A stretch of DNA of 64,000 nucleotides, from IMG/VR virus record IMGVR_UViG_3300037805_000644, positions 124,001 to 188,000 of that record. One strand, written 5' to 3'. The notes under the pieces are model-generated. The model worked only from the letters and a program-made list of their open reading frames with translations. It did no database searches and was not told where the DNA came from. This document shows, piece by piece, positions 29,127 to 38,547 of the stretch; the stretch's first letter is position 1, and each line of letters starts with the position of its first letter. The translations under genes and the position numbers were made by a program.

Positions 29127-29163
29127 GGTAACTCTGAGAAAGTCAGTAGTAGGTAAGGTGAAC
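29127..29163 (+). promoter_or_regulatory. class I promoter-like motif
   Basis: GGTAACtctgagaaagtcAGTAGTAGGTAAGGTGAAC. Confidence 0.8.
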
Positions 29164-29202
29164 TGAGGACGCTGTGGAGCAAAACCTCATAAGGAGATCG
29201 TC

Positions 29203-30576
29203 ATGCGTAACTGGATCGCCCTCGTCACTCTTACCCTCGCCACCACCTTCACCGGGTGCGGAGATGGCGGATTTTCAGCAGAGAACCCCATGCAGGTGCT
29301 CACAGATGTCTCTGTGAGCGGGGAGGTGAACCCCGACGCCGAACCTGATGAGGCGGTCTTTGATGCGGGCGTCCCTGATGCGGACGCCGAAGCCGACGCG
29401 GGGCCCGACGCCGAAGCCGACGCGGGGCCCGACGCCGAAGCATCCGACTCAGGCCCCCCCGATGTGGGGGTGCCGGACAGCGGGCCGATCACTGAGCCGG
29501 ACCCCTTGCCGGCCCCTGTGGGGGATGGGGACGCCTGCACCTGGGACGTGTGTGATAACGAGGGCTGCATCCAGGTACCCCGCTCCAGCTTCCACGGGCT
29601 GCCGGACAACCGGGGCATCCTTTACGGGGGCGTTGTCCTTCCCGGGGGCGACTTTGTTTTCGCGGGTAACAACGGCAACCAGGCCCGCCACACCCGGATG
29701 GGGCACTCTGGGGCGTGGGATCCCTGGCCCCTCGGTGCGGGGATTGGGCGAAACATCCTTGTGCAAGGCAACACCCTGGTTGGCTTTGTTGGTCGTGTTA
29801 TCCTAGAGGGGGGCATTCGGGGTCTCCGGCTGGTGACGCAAGACCCCGAGGATGGTGACCTCTTGGTGGATACGACCATCACAGGAGCGGACATGCTGGG
29901 ATTCACCCCCCACCCCGATGGGGGGTATGCCGCCCTGATTTACATCCGGGGCTCGGGGTTCGCCACCGTTCGTTACTCCTCACAGGGGGCGGTGCTGTGG
30001 TCTTACCCCCTGCATTCGGGACTCGGTCGAGACCTGGTGCCTGCCCCCGACGGGTTCTACACCTCAGCAGACGTGATGGGTGCCTCCGAGGTGATCCGGT
30101 ACGGCTTCGACGGCCAGGAGCTGTGGGTTGCCTCAATTCCGAGCAAGGTAGGTATCAGCATCCAGATGTTGGCCGCCACTGCCGAGGGGGGCGTCCTTCT
30201 CAGCACCGTCGCACCGGATGGGGTCCCCCAGGTTACTTACCTGAGCCCCGAGGGGCATGAGCATTGGACCACCCGCCTGGAGATGGAGGCTGAGGAGTTT
30301 CGGACCGATCCGGTTGGCGTCATTGCCTCGGCTGATGGCATCTATGTGGTGGGGAATCGCAGGTCCATTGCCACCAACCAGGAAAATGTCTTCGTGGGCC
30401 GGCTGAGCGAAGAAGGCAACCTGGAAGACCTGTGGCTCTGGGAAGGTGCGGAGGGGACAGCGCGGCTGTACGGGGTGATGGCCCTCCCCGAGGGGGGTGT
30501 GGTGGCTTACGGTGAGATGGGGTTCACCCCATACTGGCAGGTCCTGGACGCCCGTGGGCGGTGCCCTTTCCTCTAG
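29203..30576 (+). CDS. lipoprotein with Asp/Ala/Pro linker and beta-propeller-like domain
   Basis: Lipobox FTGC; DAGPDAEA repeats; DGDACTWDVC; repeated RY..G..LW blades. Confidence 0.75.
   Translation: MRNWIALVTLTLATTFTGCGDGGFSAENPMQVLTDVSVSGEVNPDAEPDEAVFDAGVPDADAEADAGPDAEADAGPDAEASDSGPPDVGVPDSGPITEPDPLPAPVGDGDACTWDVCDNEGCIQVPRSSFHGLPDNRGILYGGVVLPGGDFVFAGNNGNQARHTRMGHSGAWDPWPLGAGIGRNILVQGNTLVGFVGRVILEGGIRGLRLVTQDPEDGDLLVDTTITGADMLGFTPHPDGGYAALIYIRGSGFATVRYSSQGAVLWSYPLHSGLGRDLVPAPDGFYTSADVMGASEVIRYGFDGQELWVASIPSKVGISIQMLAATAEGGVLLSTVAPDGVPQVTYLSPEGHEHWTTRLEMEAEEFRTDPVGVIASADGIYVVGNRRSIATNQENVFVGRLSEEGNLEDLWLWEGAEGTARLYGVMALPEGGVVAYGEMGFTPYWQVLDARGRCPFL
29383..29441 (+). repeat. 24-bp coding tandem repeat (about 2.5 copies)
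   Basis: gacgccgaagccgacgcggggccc x2 plus partial. Confidence 0.85.
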
Positions 30577-30590
30577 AGGGAGTGCCGAGA

Positions 30591-31562
30591 TCAGCGTTTC
30601 GAGACCACCTTCTGGGGGGTCTTCTTCGCCTGGTGCTCCTCAACGGCCACAATGATGGAGGCCACCAGAGGGTGCCGCACCACGTCAACCGTGCCAAACT
30701 CATGCAGCCCAATGCCAGGGACATGCTGGAGAGCGGCCGTCATCTCAGCGAAGCCAGACTTGGTCCGCTCCAGGTCAACCTGGGTCACATCTCCCGTCAG
30801 GATACACCGGCTGTCCTCACCCAGGCGGGTGAGGAGCATCACGAGCTGCTGCCAGGTGCAGTTCTGAGCCTCATCAAGGAGCACGTAGGCATCTGAAAGG
30901 GTTCGCCCCCGCATGTACGCCAGGGGGGCAATCTCGATCTTGCCCTCTTTCTTGAGACGTTCCACAACAGCTTTGCCGGTGAGGGTGTTCAAGGAGTCGA
31001 AAAGGGGCTGGAGGTACGGGTTCACCTTCTCGTCGAAGGTGCCAGGGAGGAAGCCCAGACTCTCCCCCGCCTCGACAGCGGGTCGAGTCAGGATGATGCG
31101 CTTCACCTTCCCCTCATGGAACGCCTTGAGAGCGGCGGCCACGGCCAGGAAGGTCTTGCCAGTGCCCGCAGGTCCAAGCCCAAAGACGATGTCGTTGGAG
31201 GCGATGACATCCAGGTACTCCGCCTGACCCTCCGTCTTGGGCTTGACGTTGCTGTAGGTGACCGGCTTCCGATTGCTGCGGCTTTTCATGTAGGCATCCA
31301 TCACTGGGGGGCTTGTCTCGTTACCTTGGTGGGACCTCAACGAAATGAAGTTCACCAGATCCGTGACGTACTCCAGGTCATGCTCCGAGCGAGCGTTCAG
31401 CACAAGCTTTTTGGATTGGATTCGGGTACGCACCCCGAGGCGTTTGAGGAACTTGATAGTTGCCCAGTCAGGCCCGCAAAATTTCGCGAGTACCGACTCG
31501 TCCTTGAACTTGAACACCCTTTTGTGAGGGAAGACTACGTTCATAGAGGCTCCGTTCATCAT
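30591..31562 (-). CDS. phoH: PhoH-family ATPase
   Basis: GPAGTGKT, LTRPAVEAGESLGFLPG, YMRGRTL, DEAQN, GDVTQVD, VVRHPLV. Confidence 0.95.
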   Translation of the reverse strand: MMNGASMNVVFPHKRVFKFKDESVLAKFCGPDWATIKFLKRLGVRTRIQSKKLVLNARSEHDLEYVTDLVNFISLRSHQGNETSPPVMDAYMKSRSNRKPVTYSNVKPKTEGQAEYLDVIASNDIVFGLGPAGTGKTFLAVAAALKAFHEGKVKRIILTRPAVEAGESLGFLPGTFDEKVNPYLQPLFDSLNTLTGKAVVERLKKEGKIEIAPLAYMRGRTLSDAYVLLDEAQNCTWQQLVMLLTRLGEDSRCILTGDVTQVDLERTKSGFAEMTAALQHVPGIGLHEFGTVDVVRHPLVASIIVAVEEHQAKKTPQKVVSKR

Positions 31563-31595
31563 TCCCCTACAGCATACGATAGCAGGGCTACCGGA

Positions 31596-31910
31596 TCACC
31601 ACTTTTGAGTGGGGTGGTCCTGGAAATACTGGGCATAGGCAATCAGCCACCTTGCCATGGCGGATGTGATGGTACGGTCATAGCGCACCACCAGACGGGT
31701 GCAGGCGGCACAACGCACCCCTCCGGGGTCAAGGGCGTGTCGGTCGATATAGGCAATCAGCTCGGCCACCGTGTCGATGCCCAGACGCTGGGCCTCTTTC
31801 AGATTGAACATGGAGTTGGTGGGGAGGGGTTGCCCTAGGGCCTCGGGGGCCTCGGGGGCCTCGGGGGCCTCCCCAAAGAGAGAGGACACGGCGTCATCTT
31901 CAAAAACCAC
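31596..31910 (-). CDS. hypothetical Zn-binding protein
   Basis: GVRCAAC..YDRTITSAMA; EAP repeats. Confidence 0.5.
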   Translation of the reverse strand: MVFEDDAVSSLFGEAPEAPEAPEALGQPLPTNSMFNLKEAQRLGIDTVAELIAYIDRHALDPGGVRCAACTRLVVRYDRTITSAMARWLIAYAQYFQDHPTQKW

Positions 31911-31918
31911 GGTAAACT

Positions 31919-31964
31919 CCCAAGATCCGGTCTGGTGGCTTTACCCCCCAGACCGGATCTTGGG
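31919..31964. terminator. 17-bp stem hairpin downstream of the GNAT gene
   Basis: cccaagatccggtctgg / ccagaccggatcttggg; no clear U-tract. Confidence 0.55.
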
Positions 31965-31969
31965 GGGGA

Positions 31970-33301
31970 TCAACCCCACTTAGACTCAGCCATCTCCAGC
32001 AGCGCACTGTACTTGTCGCCGTAAGGGTCGCGTTTCCGACGCACCCCCTTTTCCAATCGTGCTATCTGAGGCAGATTCAGGATGTCGCCGGTCAAGGCGA
32101 CATAATCACCGCTGGCATCCGCCTCAGCCTGACGGATGAGGTTCCACTCCAGGGTGTCGCCATAACCCTCACCGACATAGATCGGCTTACCGTCATCCCG
32201 AGCCATTTGGAGAGCGATGGCCGTGGCGAGCTTGTCGTGCCCCCGGTCATAATCAATGGTGTACAGGAACGACTTACCAAGGGAGTCTCGGAAAAACCCG
32301 TACGCGTAGATGTACTGGTCATCGGGGTCATCCAGGAAAGCTTGATCGTACACCGCGAATACAGGGTGGTCCACCAAGACCAGCATCTTCGAGGTGACTT
32401 TCTTCTCCTCCACCACCACAGCCCTGGGCTTCTTACCGGGCAACCCGGCCAGGATCTCCTTGACCTTGGCCATAGGCAGCCTCCCCGCCCGCACCAACTC
32501 GGAGTACCAGCCGTTGGAGAGGAACTGACGAACTCGGTCAGCCCACAGCCGGAGAGCGTTTGCCTGACCCCGAGGGGTGAATCCACCGGAAGGCGTGTGA
32601 GGGTTCCACCGGTACCAGAGCTTACCGATGATTTGGCCCAGCCCCCTACCTCGGTACTCCTGAGCCACCACTAGGAGAGTGGCACCCCATTCGTCCTGAG
32701 CAGAAGCCACCTTCAAGCCGCCCGAGTTGAGGACCACAATGGAGGCACGCTCGCCCTTCTTCAAAGTACCCTCAGCGCGAACCTGGCAAGGCTCACCCTG
32801 GACGAGGATATTCTGCAAGAGCACCGGGTTCGCGGCCAGGTTGTTCCTGGCTATATTGCTGACCAGGGCGGCAGCTTCCGTGATGTATTTGACGACCTTG
32901 CGGCGCTTCACCTCAAAGTAAACCACTGCTAGGTTGCTCAGGTAGCTCTCGGGAAACTTCGAGCCCGACCACTTGTCGTGGTAAAGGGTGCCTCGGTGGA
33001 TCACCCCGATCACCTGCTCCTTTTCCTTGAGCAGGATCCCTTCTCGGTTCCCCCACACACCCAACCCCTCCCCCAGCATACCGGTTTGACCGAGGTGCCT
33101 GAGAGAGTGGTCCTTATTCATCTGCTGGAGGTCCCAGTCGTAACTCTCAGCCTCGTGGGACTCCCCCTTAGGGTTACGGAGGGTGAGGAATTCTGCCCAA
33201 GTCAGAAGACCCGGCTCCGTCGTCTCGAATTTGTCAGGTAGGGGTGTGGTCGCTGACACACGGGTAAGCCAGCGGCAGGCTAGGCGGTGGGCTGGGGTCA
33301 T
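31970..33301 (-). CDS. GNAT acetyltransferase-domain protein
   Basis: VVAQEYRGRGLG (motif A), SGGFTPRG; AGGAGG RBS before ATG 33301; class II motif at 33327-33341. Confidence 0.7.
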   Translation of the reverse strand: MTPAHRLACRWLTRVSATTPLPDKFETTEPGLLTWAEFLTLRNPKGESHEAESYDWDLQQMNKDHSLRHLGQTGMLGEGLGVWGNREGILLKEKEQVIGVIHRGTLYHDKWSGSKFPESYLSNLAVVYFEVKRRKVVKYITEAAALVSNIARNNLAANPVLLQNILVQGEPCQVRAEGTLKKGERASIVVLNSGGLKVASAQDEWGATLLVVAQEYRGRGLGQIIGKLWYRWNPHTPSGGFTPRGQANALRLWADRVRQFLSNGWYSELVRAGRLPMAKVKEILAGLPGKKPRAVVVEEKKVTSKMLVLVDHPVFAVYDQAFLDDPDDQYIYAYGFFRDSLGKSFLYTIDYDRGHDKLATAIALQMARDDGKPIYVGEGYGDTLEWNLIRQAEADASGDYVALTGDILNLPQIARLEKGVRRKRDPYGDKYSALLEMAESKWG

Positions 33302-33348
33302 GGGATCCTCCTGTTGGGGATCAACCATAGAGGGGATACCGGCAGCCC

Positions 33349-35826
33349 TTAGGGGCGGGACACCGAGAAATACTCACCCTTCACCGAAACACTGAGGAGC
33401 AACCCACCCCCCAACTGGAAAAAGGTGCCCTCTTCCTTCTCAGCCTTGTTCAGCTTGATGCCGGGGATGTCCTCAGCGATCTGCTCGGCCGTCCGTGCCT
33501 GTGCTGCGAAGCTCTCTGGGACCAGCCCTGTGGATCCGACATAGAAAGCGACAGGCACGACCCGCTCGATGTACAGATTGGAGACGGCCCGGTTCACTGC
33601 CTTCTCGGCTGAGGTCAGGATCGCAACCGCATCCTCCACGTCCTCACAGCCGCCCTGGATGGCCCAGAGGAAATCATGGCGTGCATCAGCATCGAGACCC
33701 GCCTCTTCGAGAGCCCCTGTGAGGTGCAGGGGGCTCTCCAACCCCAGGAACTCCGCGTACAGGGGGTAACTCAAGGCATCCACAGCATCGAGCTTCGTGC
33801 GGGCACTGAGAGACTTGATGCCCCAGACCACATCCAACGGAGGATCCCCGGCCATCGTCTGGTTCTGCATGAACAGCGCCAGGGTGGGCTTCTTCACGGC
33901 CTCCCCGGCCACCGTGGCGGTGAACCGACGCTGGAGGTATGCATTGCCCGACTTGAGCTTGCCCAGATTGGTGATGTCCCCCGTGCCGATCTCCACCTTG
34001 TAAGACAGGCGGGTGTCGATGTCGCCCTTGGCGATGGCCTCCTTGAGATCCGCGTAAGGGGTGGTCGTAGGTGCCGCAAAATACATGGCCGGGCTGAGGT
34101 TGTACCCCTTGAGTTCGGCGATCTGATCCGGGCTGAGGCTGGTCGAGCTGTCCTTGAGGACCCCCGAAAGGATCTTGCTGAGGACCTGGAGCTTGGCCAG
34201 CTTGTCGAAGGTGTCTGCCGGGAGGTCAAATCCCTGATCGAAGTCCACCAAGGGGAGGTCCCCCAAGTTGATGGTCAACATCACCTGGGGGTCGAAATCC
34301 CCATCCACCACACCCAGCTTCTTGAGGGCCCGGAAGGCACGCTTATCACTGGTCTGGATGGGGAGCTGGGCCACGGTGACCTCACCGTCCCCAACCACCG
34401 TGTAGTTGCGGAAATCCTTGAGATCGAGAGGGATGCCCGCAACCTTGTGGATGGCCTCCCCCGTCTCCCGCTCCACCAGGTTGCAGTCCTGGGTCAGCTT
34501 GATGTTCGCTGTTGCCGTGTTGCGGTTGATGTCTACTGAGCTGATTTGGACATACCCGTCCTCATCGGCCTTGCGGTGCAGCGCATACTTCGGCTTGGTG
34601 ATCGTGCCGTCCTCGTTGCGGACCCCCGCGATCCGCTGAACCCCTCGGCGCTTGTACGTGCCCAAGAGGGTCGGGACGTGGACCCGGATGTGTCGGCTGT
34701 ACTCATTGAGGGTCTGGAGCACCGAGAGGACGGAGGGGCCCTCAAAGGCAAGACCGTAAGTGCTCCCGAGGGTGTCACCCGGCCAGTTCGGCGTGCGGAA
34801 AAGGTAGCTCTCCACTTCCTCGGCCATGCGGGCGACCGCAGTGGCTGTCAGTGCCTTGTAGTTGCGCTCCAGCAGCCCCTGCCACCGGCTGGACACCAGG
34901 GCAAACTTGGCAGCATTGAGATTGCCATCGGAGATCGCAGCTCGGGCGAACGCCACGGCCAGATCGTGGGCCGCCTCCTGCTCAATGCAGTCGAAAGCCT
35001 GCTTGTCGATCTCGTACAGCCGGTACGTCGTGGCCCAGCCGGCACCCAAGCCCCGGACGTTGATCGTCTCACTCGACCCAAGCACCTTCCGCCCACCGAG
35101 GCTCACAAACAGGACGTAGTCGGCATCGCCGATGCCCACCTCAACCGTAGGGCTCAGATCCCCAGCAAGGAGCTTCTGGGTGTCATAGAACGCCTGGTAG
35201 ACCTGCTTGATGTTCTTGGCCTGGATGCAGGTGCCCGAGAGCTGGTTGGCGATCCCGGCCAGGAGGTTGAAGTCCGCCCAGTCCCGGTAGGCAACCGTGT
35301 TGACGAACACGTTGGGGTGTGCCTTGAGGGTGTCCACCGCTTCCTGGATGGCCCGGTTCTCTCGGCTCGGGGAGCGGTCGTTGGCGTACCCGTCCGAGTG
35401 CAGCGAGATGCAGGTGATCTCACTGTCGTCGATCATCGTCTCAGCCTTGGCCAATCCCTGGCTGATGCAGGTGAGACCTCGTGTGCGGAGGTTACGGATC
35501 TCCTGAACCTGGGGAGAACCCACGCCCATGACCTGCTCAATGGGGGCACGCTCGAAGTGGACCTTGACATCCCCCATCGAACTGTACGTGACGAGGCTGA
35601 CCACCAAGCCGGGGTTGTTGAACTCATCGAGGGTCAGCACCTTCTCGACGGTCGCCTTGAGGTCCTTGAGGTCGTAGTACATTGACCCCGACACGTCAAA
35701 GACGAAAATGTGGTGTGCCGGGGCTGAGACGGGGGTGCTCCCTGCCTCGAACTTCTCGGACTCGACACGATAAAACTTGACCGGCTGGCCATTGAAATTG
35801 CGAAGTGCGAAACGGGTCTGGCTCAT
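33349..35826 (-). CDS. vWA (MIDAS) domain protein, 825 aa
   Basis: FVFDVSGSM, T of TCISQG, HSDG. Confidence 0.85.
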   Translation of the reverse strand: MSQTRFALRNFNGQPVKFYRVESEKFEAGSTPVSAPAHHIFVFDVSGSMYYDLKDLKATVEKVLTLDEFNNPGLVVSLVTYSSMGDVKVHFERAPIEQVMGVGSPQVQEIRNLRTRGLTCISQGLAKAETMIDDSEITCISLHSDGYANDRSPSRENRAIQEAVDTLKAHPNVFVNTVAYRDWADFNLLAGIANQLSGTCIQAKNIKQVYQAFYDTQKLLAGDLSPTVEVGIGDADYVLFVSLGGRKVLGSSETINVRGLGAGWATTYRLYEIDKQAFDCIEQEAAHDLAVAFARAAISDGNLNAAKFALVSSRWQGLLERNYKALTATAVARMAEEVESYLFRTPNWPGDTLGSTYGLAFEGPSVLSVLQTLNEYSRHIRVHVPTLLGTYKRRGVQRIAGVRNEDGTITKPKYALHRKADEDGYVQISSVDINRNTATANIKLTQDCNLVERETGEAIHKVAGIPLDLKDFRNYTVVGDGEVTVAQLPIQTSDKRAFRALKKLGVVDGDFDPQVMLTINLGDLPLVDFDQGFDLPADTFDKLAKLQVLSKILSGVLKDSSTSLSPDQIAELKGYNLSPAMYFAAPTTTPYADLKEAIAKGDIDTRLSYKVEIGTGDITNLGKLKSGNAYLQRRFTATVAGEAVKKPTLALFMQNQTMAGDPPLDVVWGIKSLSARTKLDAVDALSYPLYAEFLGLESPLHLTGALEEAGLDADARHDFLWAIQGGCEDVEDAVAILTSAEKAVNRAVSNLYIERVVPVAFYVGSTGLVPESFAAQARTAEQIAEDIPGIKLNKAEKEEGTFFQLGGGLLLSVSVKGEYFSVSRP

Positions 35827-35900
35827 CTGGTTTTCCCCTCATGGATGCCCTTCTTTTACTCTGCTGAGGGTTGAGGAAACCCCTCAAGGCTCAGAAAAAG

Positions 35901-35937
35901 GGTAACTCTGAGCCCTTTCCTAGTAGATAAAACGAAC
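35901..35937 (+). promoter_or_regulatory. class I promoter-like motif
   Basis: GGTAAC-N16-GTAG...GAAC. Confidence 0.7.
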
Positions 35938-35952
35938 AGCTTCGGAGACGAC

Positions 35953-37128
35953 ATGGGAAACCTCGAAAACCTGACCCTCATGCGGATGCTTGCCCAGGTC
36001 ACCTCCGACCTTGGAGTCAGTGAGCACACCTATGTTGTGGGGGGTGCTGTCCGGGACTTTGCCCTGGAGCGCCCCATCAAAGACATCGACGTGGTCACAG
36101 ACACCGTCAGCGGCGGAATGAGCAGTGAGCAACTGGCCAAGGCTCTGGCCTCCCTTTCCCCGGGATCCGGTCTGGTCACCAACAACTATGGGGTGGCCAT
36201 CCTCACCCTGGGCCGTCGTGACTGGGAGGGGGTATCCCTCAAAGGGATGGTGGTCGAGATCGCCAACGCTCGCAAGGAGAGTTACGGGGGTCATGGGGGG
36301 AAAGGATACAAACCCCACATGGTGGAACCTGCCACCATCCTGGAGGATGTGGTCCGGCGTGAGTTCCGGTTCAACACCCTCCTGCTGCGAATGTCCGATC
36401 TCCGTGAGGGCCCCCAGAGGGCAAAGGTTCTTGACCTGACCGGAGAGGGCCTGGGGGATCTGGCACGCGGAGAGATGATCTGCCCTGCGAACCCAAACAA
36501 GGTGTTCACCGATGATCCGACTCGGATGCTTCGGGCCATCAAGTTCGGGATGCGCTTTGGGTTCACCCTTGGTGACCAGGAGTGCCGGGCCATCCGGGCC
36601 CATGCACACGCCCTGGCCAAGGTGCCTCAGAACGCAGTCGCCACGATCCTGATCGAGAACATCTTCAAGGTGGACACGAGCCGGGGTCTGGATTGGCTGT
36701 ACCAGCTTGGTCTGGTGCCCGTCATCCAGGACATGCTGGAGGATGAGCCCAACTTCAAGACAACCCTGACCAACTGGGCACGGACCAATGTCGAGGACAT
36801 GCTCTGCCTGGCCATTTACGGGGGGTTTCAGGTCACGGGGGGCTTACGACACCTCCTGGGGGGAGATCCCGTCGGCAAGTCCTCGGAGGGGCTGTACCGC
36901 CTCGAAAAAGCCCTTGCAATCTTTGAGGGGGATGCTGAGAAGGCCCTGGCCCTCGTCGAAGCCATCAAGCAGCCGGGGCGGGTGATGGACACCCGAGCCC
37001 TTGCCGCCCAGCGGGGGCTCAAGGGGGCGGGGATGCGGATTCTGATGGTGGAGGCTCGGGAGCTTCTACTGGAGAACCCGAGCCTGGTGTTCGGCGGCCT
37101 CAATGAGGCAATGGGTCTCCAGGGGTAA
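35953..37128 (+). CDS. class II tRNA nucleotidyltransferase (CCA-adding/poly(A) polymerase family)
   Basis: VGGAVRD, DID, ARKESY, EDVVRREFRFN, DDPTRMLR. Confidence 0.9.
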   Translation: MGNLENLTLMRMLAQVTSDLGVSEHTYVVGGAVRDFALERPIKDIDVVTDTVSGGMSSEQLAKALASLSPGSGLVTNNYGVAILTLGRRDWEGVSLKGMVVEIANARKESYGGHGGKGYKPHMVEPATILEDVVRREFRFNTLLLRMSDLREGPQRAKVLDLTGEGLGDLARGEMICPANPNKVFTDDPTRMLRAIKFGMRFGFTLGDQECRAIRAHAHALAKVPQNAVATILIENIFKVDTSRGLDWLYQLGLVPVIQDMLEDEPNFKTTLTNWARTNVEDMLCLAIYGGFQVTGGLRHLLGGDPVGKSSEGLYRLEKALAIFEGDAEKALALVEAIKQPGRVMDTRALAAQRGLKGAGMRILMVEARELLLENPSLVFGGLNEAMGLQG

Positions 37129-37273
37129 CCTCCCGGGGTTGGTCTGCACGTAAGGTGGTGATCTCGGCTTCCAGCCGAGCCGTCCTGATGCGGAGCCCTG
37201 AGATGGTCCCGTACTGTGCCTGGATCTTCTCCAATTGAGCGATCCGGCCCTTCATTTCTTTTTCAGTCATCAT
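37100..37273 (-). CDS. small hypothetical protein
   Basis: Start MMTEKEMK overlapping upstream gene end. Confidence 0.45.
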   Translation of the reverse strand: MMTEKEMKGRIAQLEKIQAQYGTISGLRIRTARLEAEITTLRADQPREVTPGDPLPH

Positions 37274-37502
37274 CACCAGCACTCCCCGGAAGGTCTCCAC
37301 TGAAAGCAGTGCAGTGGGGGTTCTCGCCCTTGCTGCCCTGCACCCACTCCCGGGGGTACTCGGGCTCGTGGATCTCATGAAGCATGGCACGCAGCATGAT
37401 GCCACACCCCTCCTCCGGGTCGTCCTTGGCGCAACGGTCGCACCATCTCCCCTCGAAAATCATCCCCTCAGATCCATTGCTCGGTCGGTATGGCTTGGTC
37501 AT
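37263..37502 (-). CDS. conserved small Cys-rich phage protein
   Basis: YRPSNGSEG..WCDRC..C..PREW..CTAF. Confidence 0.7.
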   Translation of the reverse strand: MTKPYRPSNGSEGMIFEGRWCDRCAKDDPEEGCGIMLRAMLHEIHEPEYPREWVQGSKGENPHCTAFSGDLPGSAGDDD

Positions 37503-38191
37503 GCTTTAATCCTTGGATCCTTGGGGCCGTCCACACGCAGGACCTCCACCCCGTTTTTCTCTAGGTACTCGATGCCGTTCTCTCCGGCATAGCCACCCTC
37601 GATGATGTAAACTCGCTGGATGCCCGAGTGGTGGATGAGCTTACTGCACATCCGGCAGGGCTCCCCAGTGCAGATGAGCCACGCCCCTTCGGTGGCCACC
37701 CCACCAGCCGCTGCGTTGCAGACCACGTTCATCTCAGCATGGTGGCAGCCCACCTCCATACAGGTCCCCGACTTGACCCCGGGATATTTCACCAAAAGGG
37801 CAGCGGCATACTGATGGGCCTCAGCCTTTCCATCCGGCCGGGGGACTTCCTTACCCCCTGAGTGCAAGGTCGGGTAAACTTTTGGGAACGTCTTCTCGAC
37901 CTCCCCCTTGACCCGGACCAGGTAACTGTCCTCCCGGCGAACAGGGATGCGGAGGGGAGGCAAACCCTCGGTGATCTCGATGTCCTCTCGCTTGAGCCCG
38001 TCCCGCTCACAGAAAGATCCGCCGCAAAGGGTGCCCTCTGCTCCCCGGGGGCCTCCGTTGTACCCGTCCATCAGGACGACGTTCCGCTTGGGGTCCAGGA
38101 GCATGGCCCCGAACTTGCGGCGGGGGCAGTTGCTGGCATTCGAGAGGGACAGGCACTGTTCGATGCGGATGGCAAGGTGCTTAGGCTTCAC
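37499..38191 (-). CDS. dCMP deaminase (ComEB-like) with insertion
   Basis: CPRRKFGA, GYNG, HAEMN, PCRMC. Confidence 0.9.
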   Translation of the reverse strand: MKPKHLAIRIEQCLSLSNASNCPRRKFGAMLLDPKRNVVLMDGYNGGPRGAEGTLCGGSFCERDGLKREDIEITEGLPPLRIPVRREDSYLVRVKGEVEKTFPKVYPTLHSGGKEVPRPDGKAEAHQYAAALLVKYPGVKSGTCMEVGCHHAEMNVVCNAAAGGVATEGAWLICTGEPCRMCSKLIHHSGIQRVYIIEGGYAGENGIEYLEKNGVEVLRVDGPKDPRIKA

Positions 38192-38547
38192 GAGAATAGC
38201 TCCTCAAGGGGGTTGGGCTCAGGGGGAGGGGCAGGGTTCAGCTCACCCGCCAAACGCTCCAGGATGGAGGCGTGGCAGGGTTTAGGGGCACAGAAGCACA
38301 CCAGGTTCTTGCCGTGCAGCTCAGAAACCTTCTGGCGGTACTCGGGGTCCTCCTCTAGCCTTTGCCGGGCCCAAACCTCAAAGCAGGCAAGGGTAGTCCC
38401 CTTGCCCAAGTGGACTTCACCGCAGATCTGGCAGGTCTGGCTCCGCCGCACGGGGTTCCCGAAGTATCCGTCCACACCCCGCCCTGGGCGTCCGACATAC
38501 ACGTCATCGGGCCGGAGCCCCCTGCGGTGTAGGTTGAACACAGGCAT
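38188..38547 (-). CDS. DUF4326-family protein
   Basis: DVYVGRP..FGNP..LHGKNLVCFCAPKPCHASIL. Confidence 0.85.
   Translation of the reverse strand: MPVFNLHRRGLRPDDVYVGRPGRGVDGYFGNPVRRSQTCQICGEVHLGKGTTLACFEVWARQRLEEDPEYRQKVSELHGKNLVCFCAPKPCHASILERLAGELNPAPPPEPNPLEELFS

Noticed and set aside
31838-31872. 9-bp tandem repeats here and at ~51701-51726, and a 21-bp repeat at ~49363-49404
   Set aside because: In-frame low-complexity coding repeats (EAP, ALR, QQPQTA); no sign of phase variation
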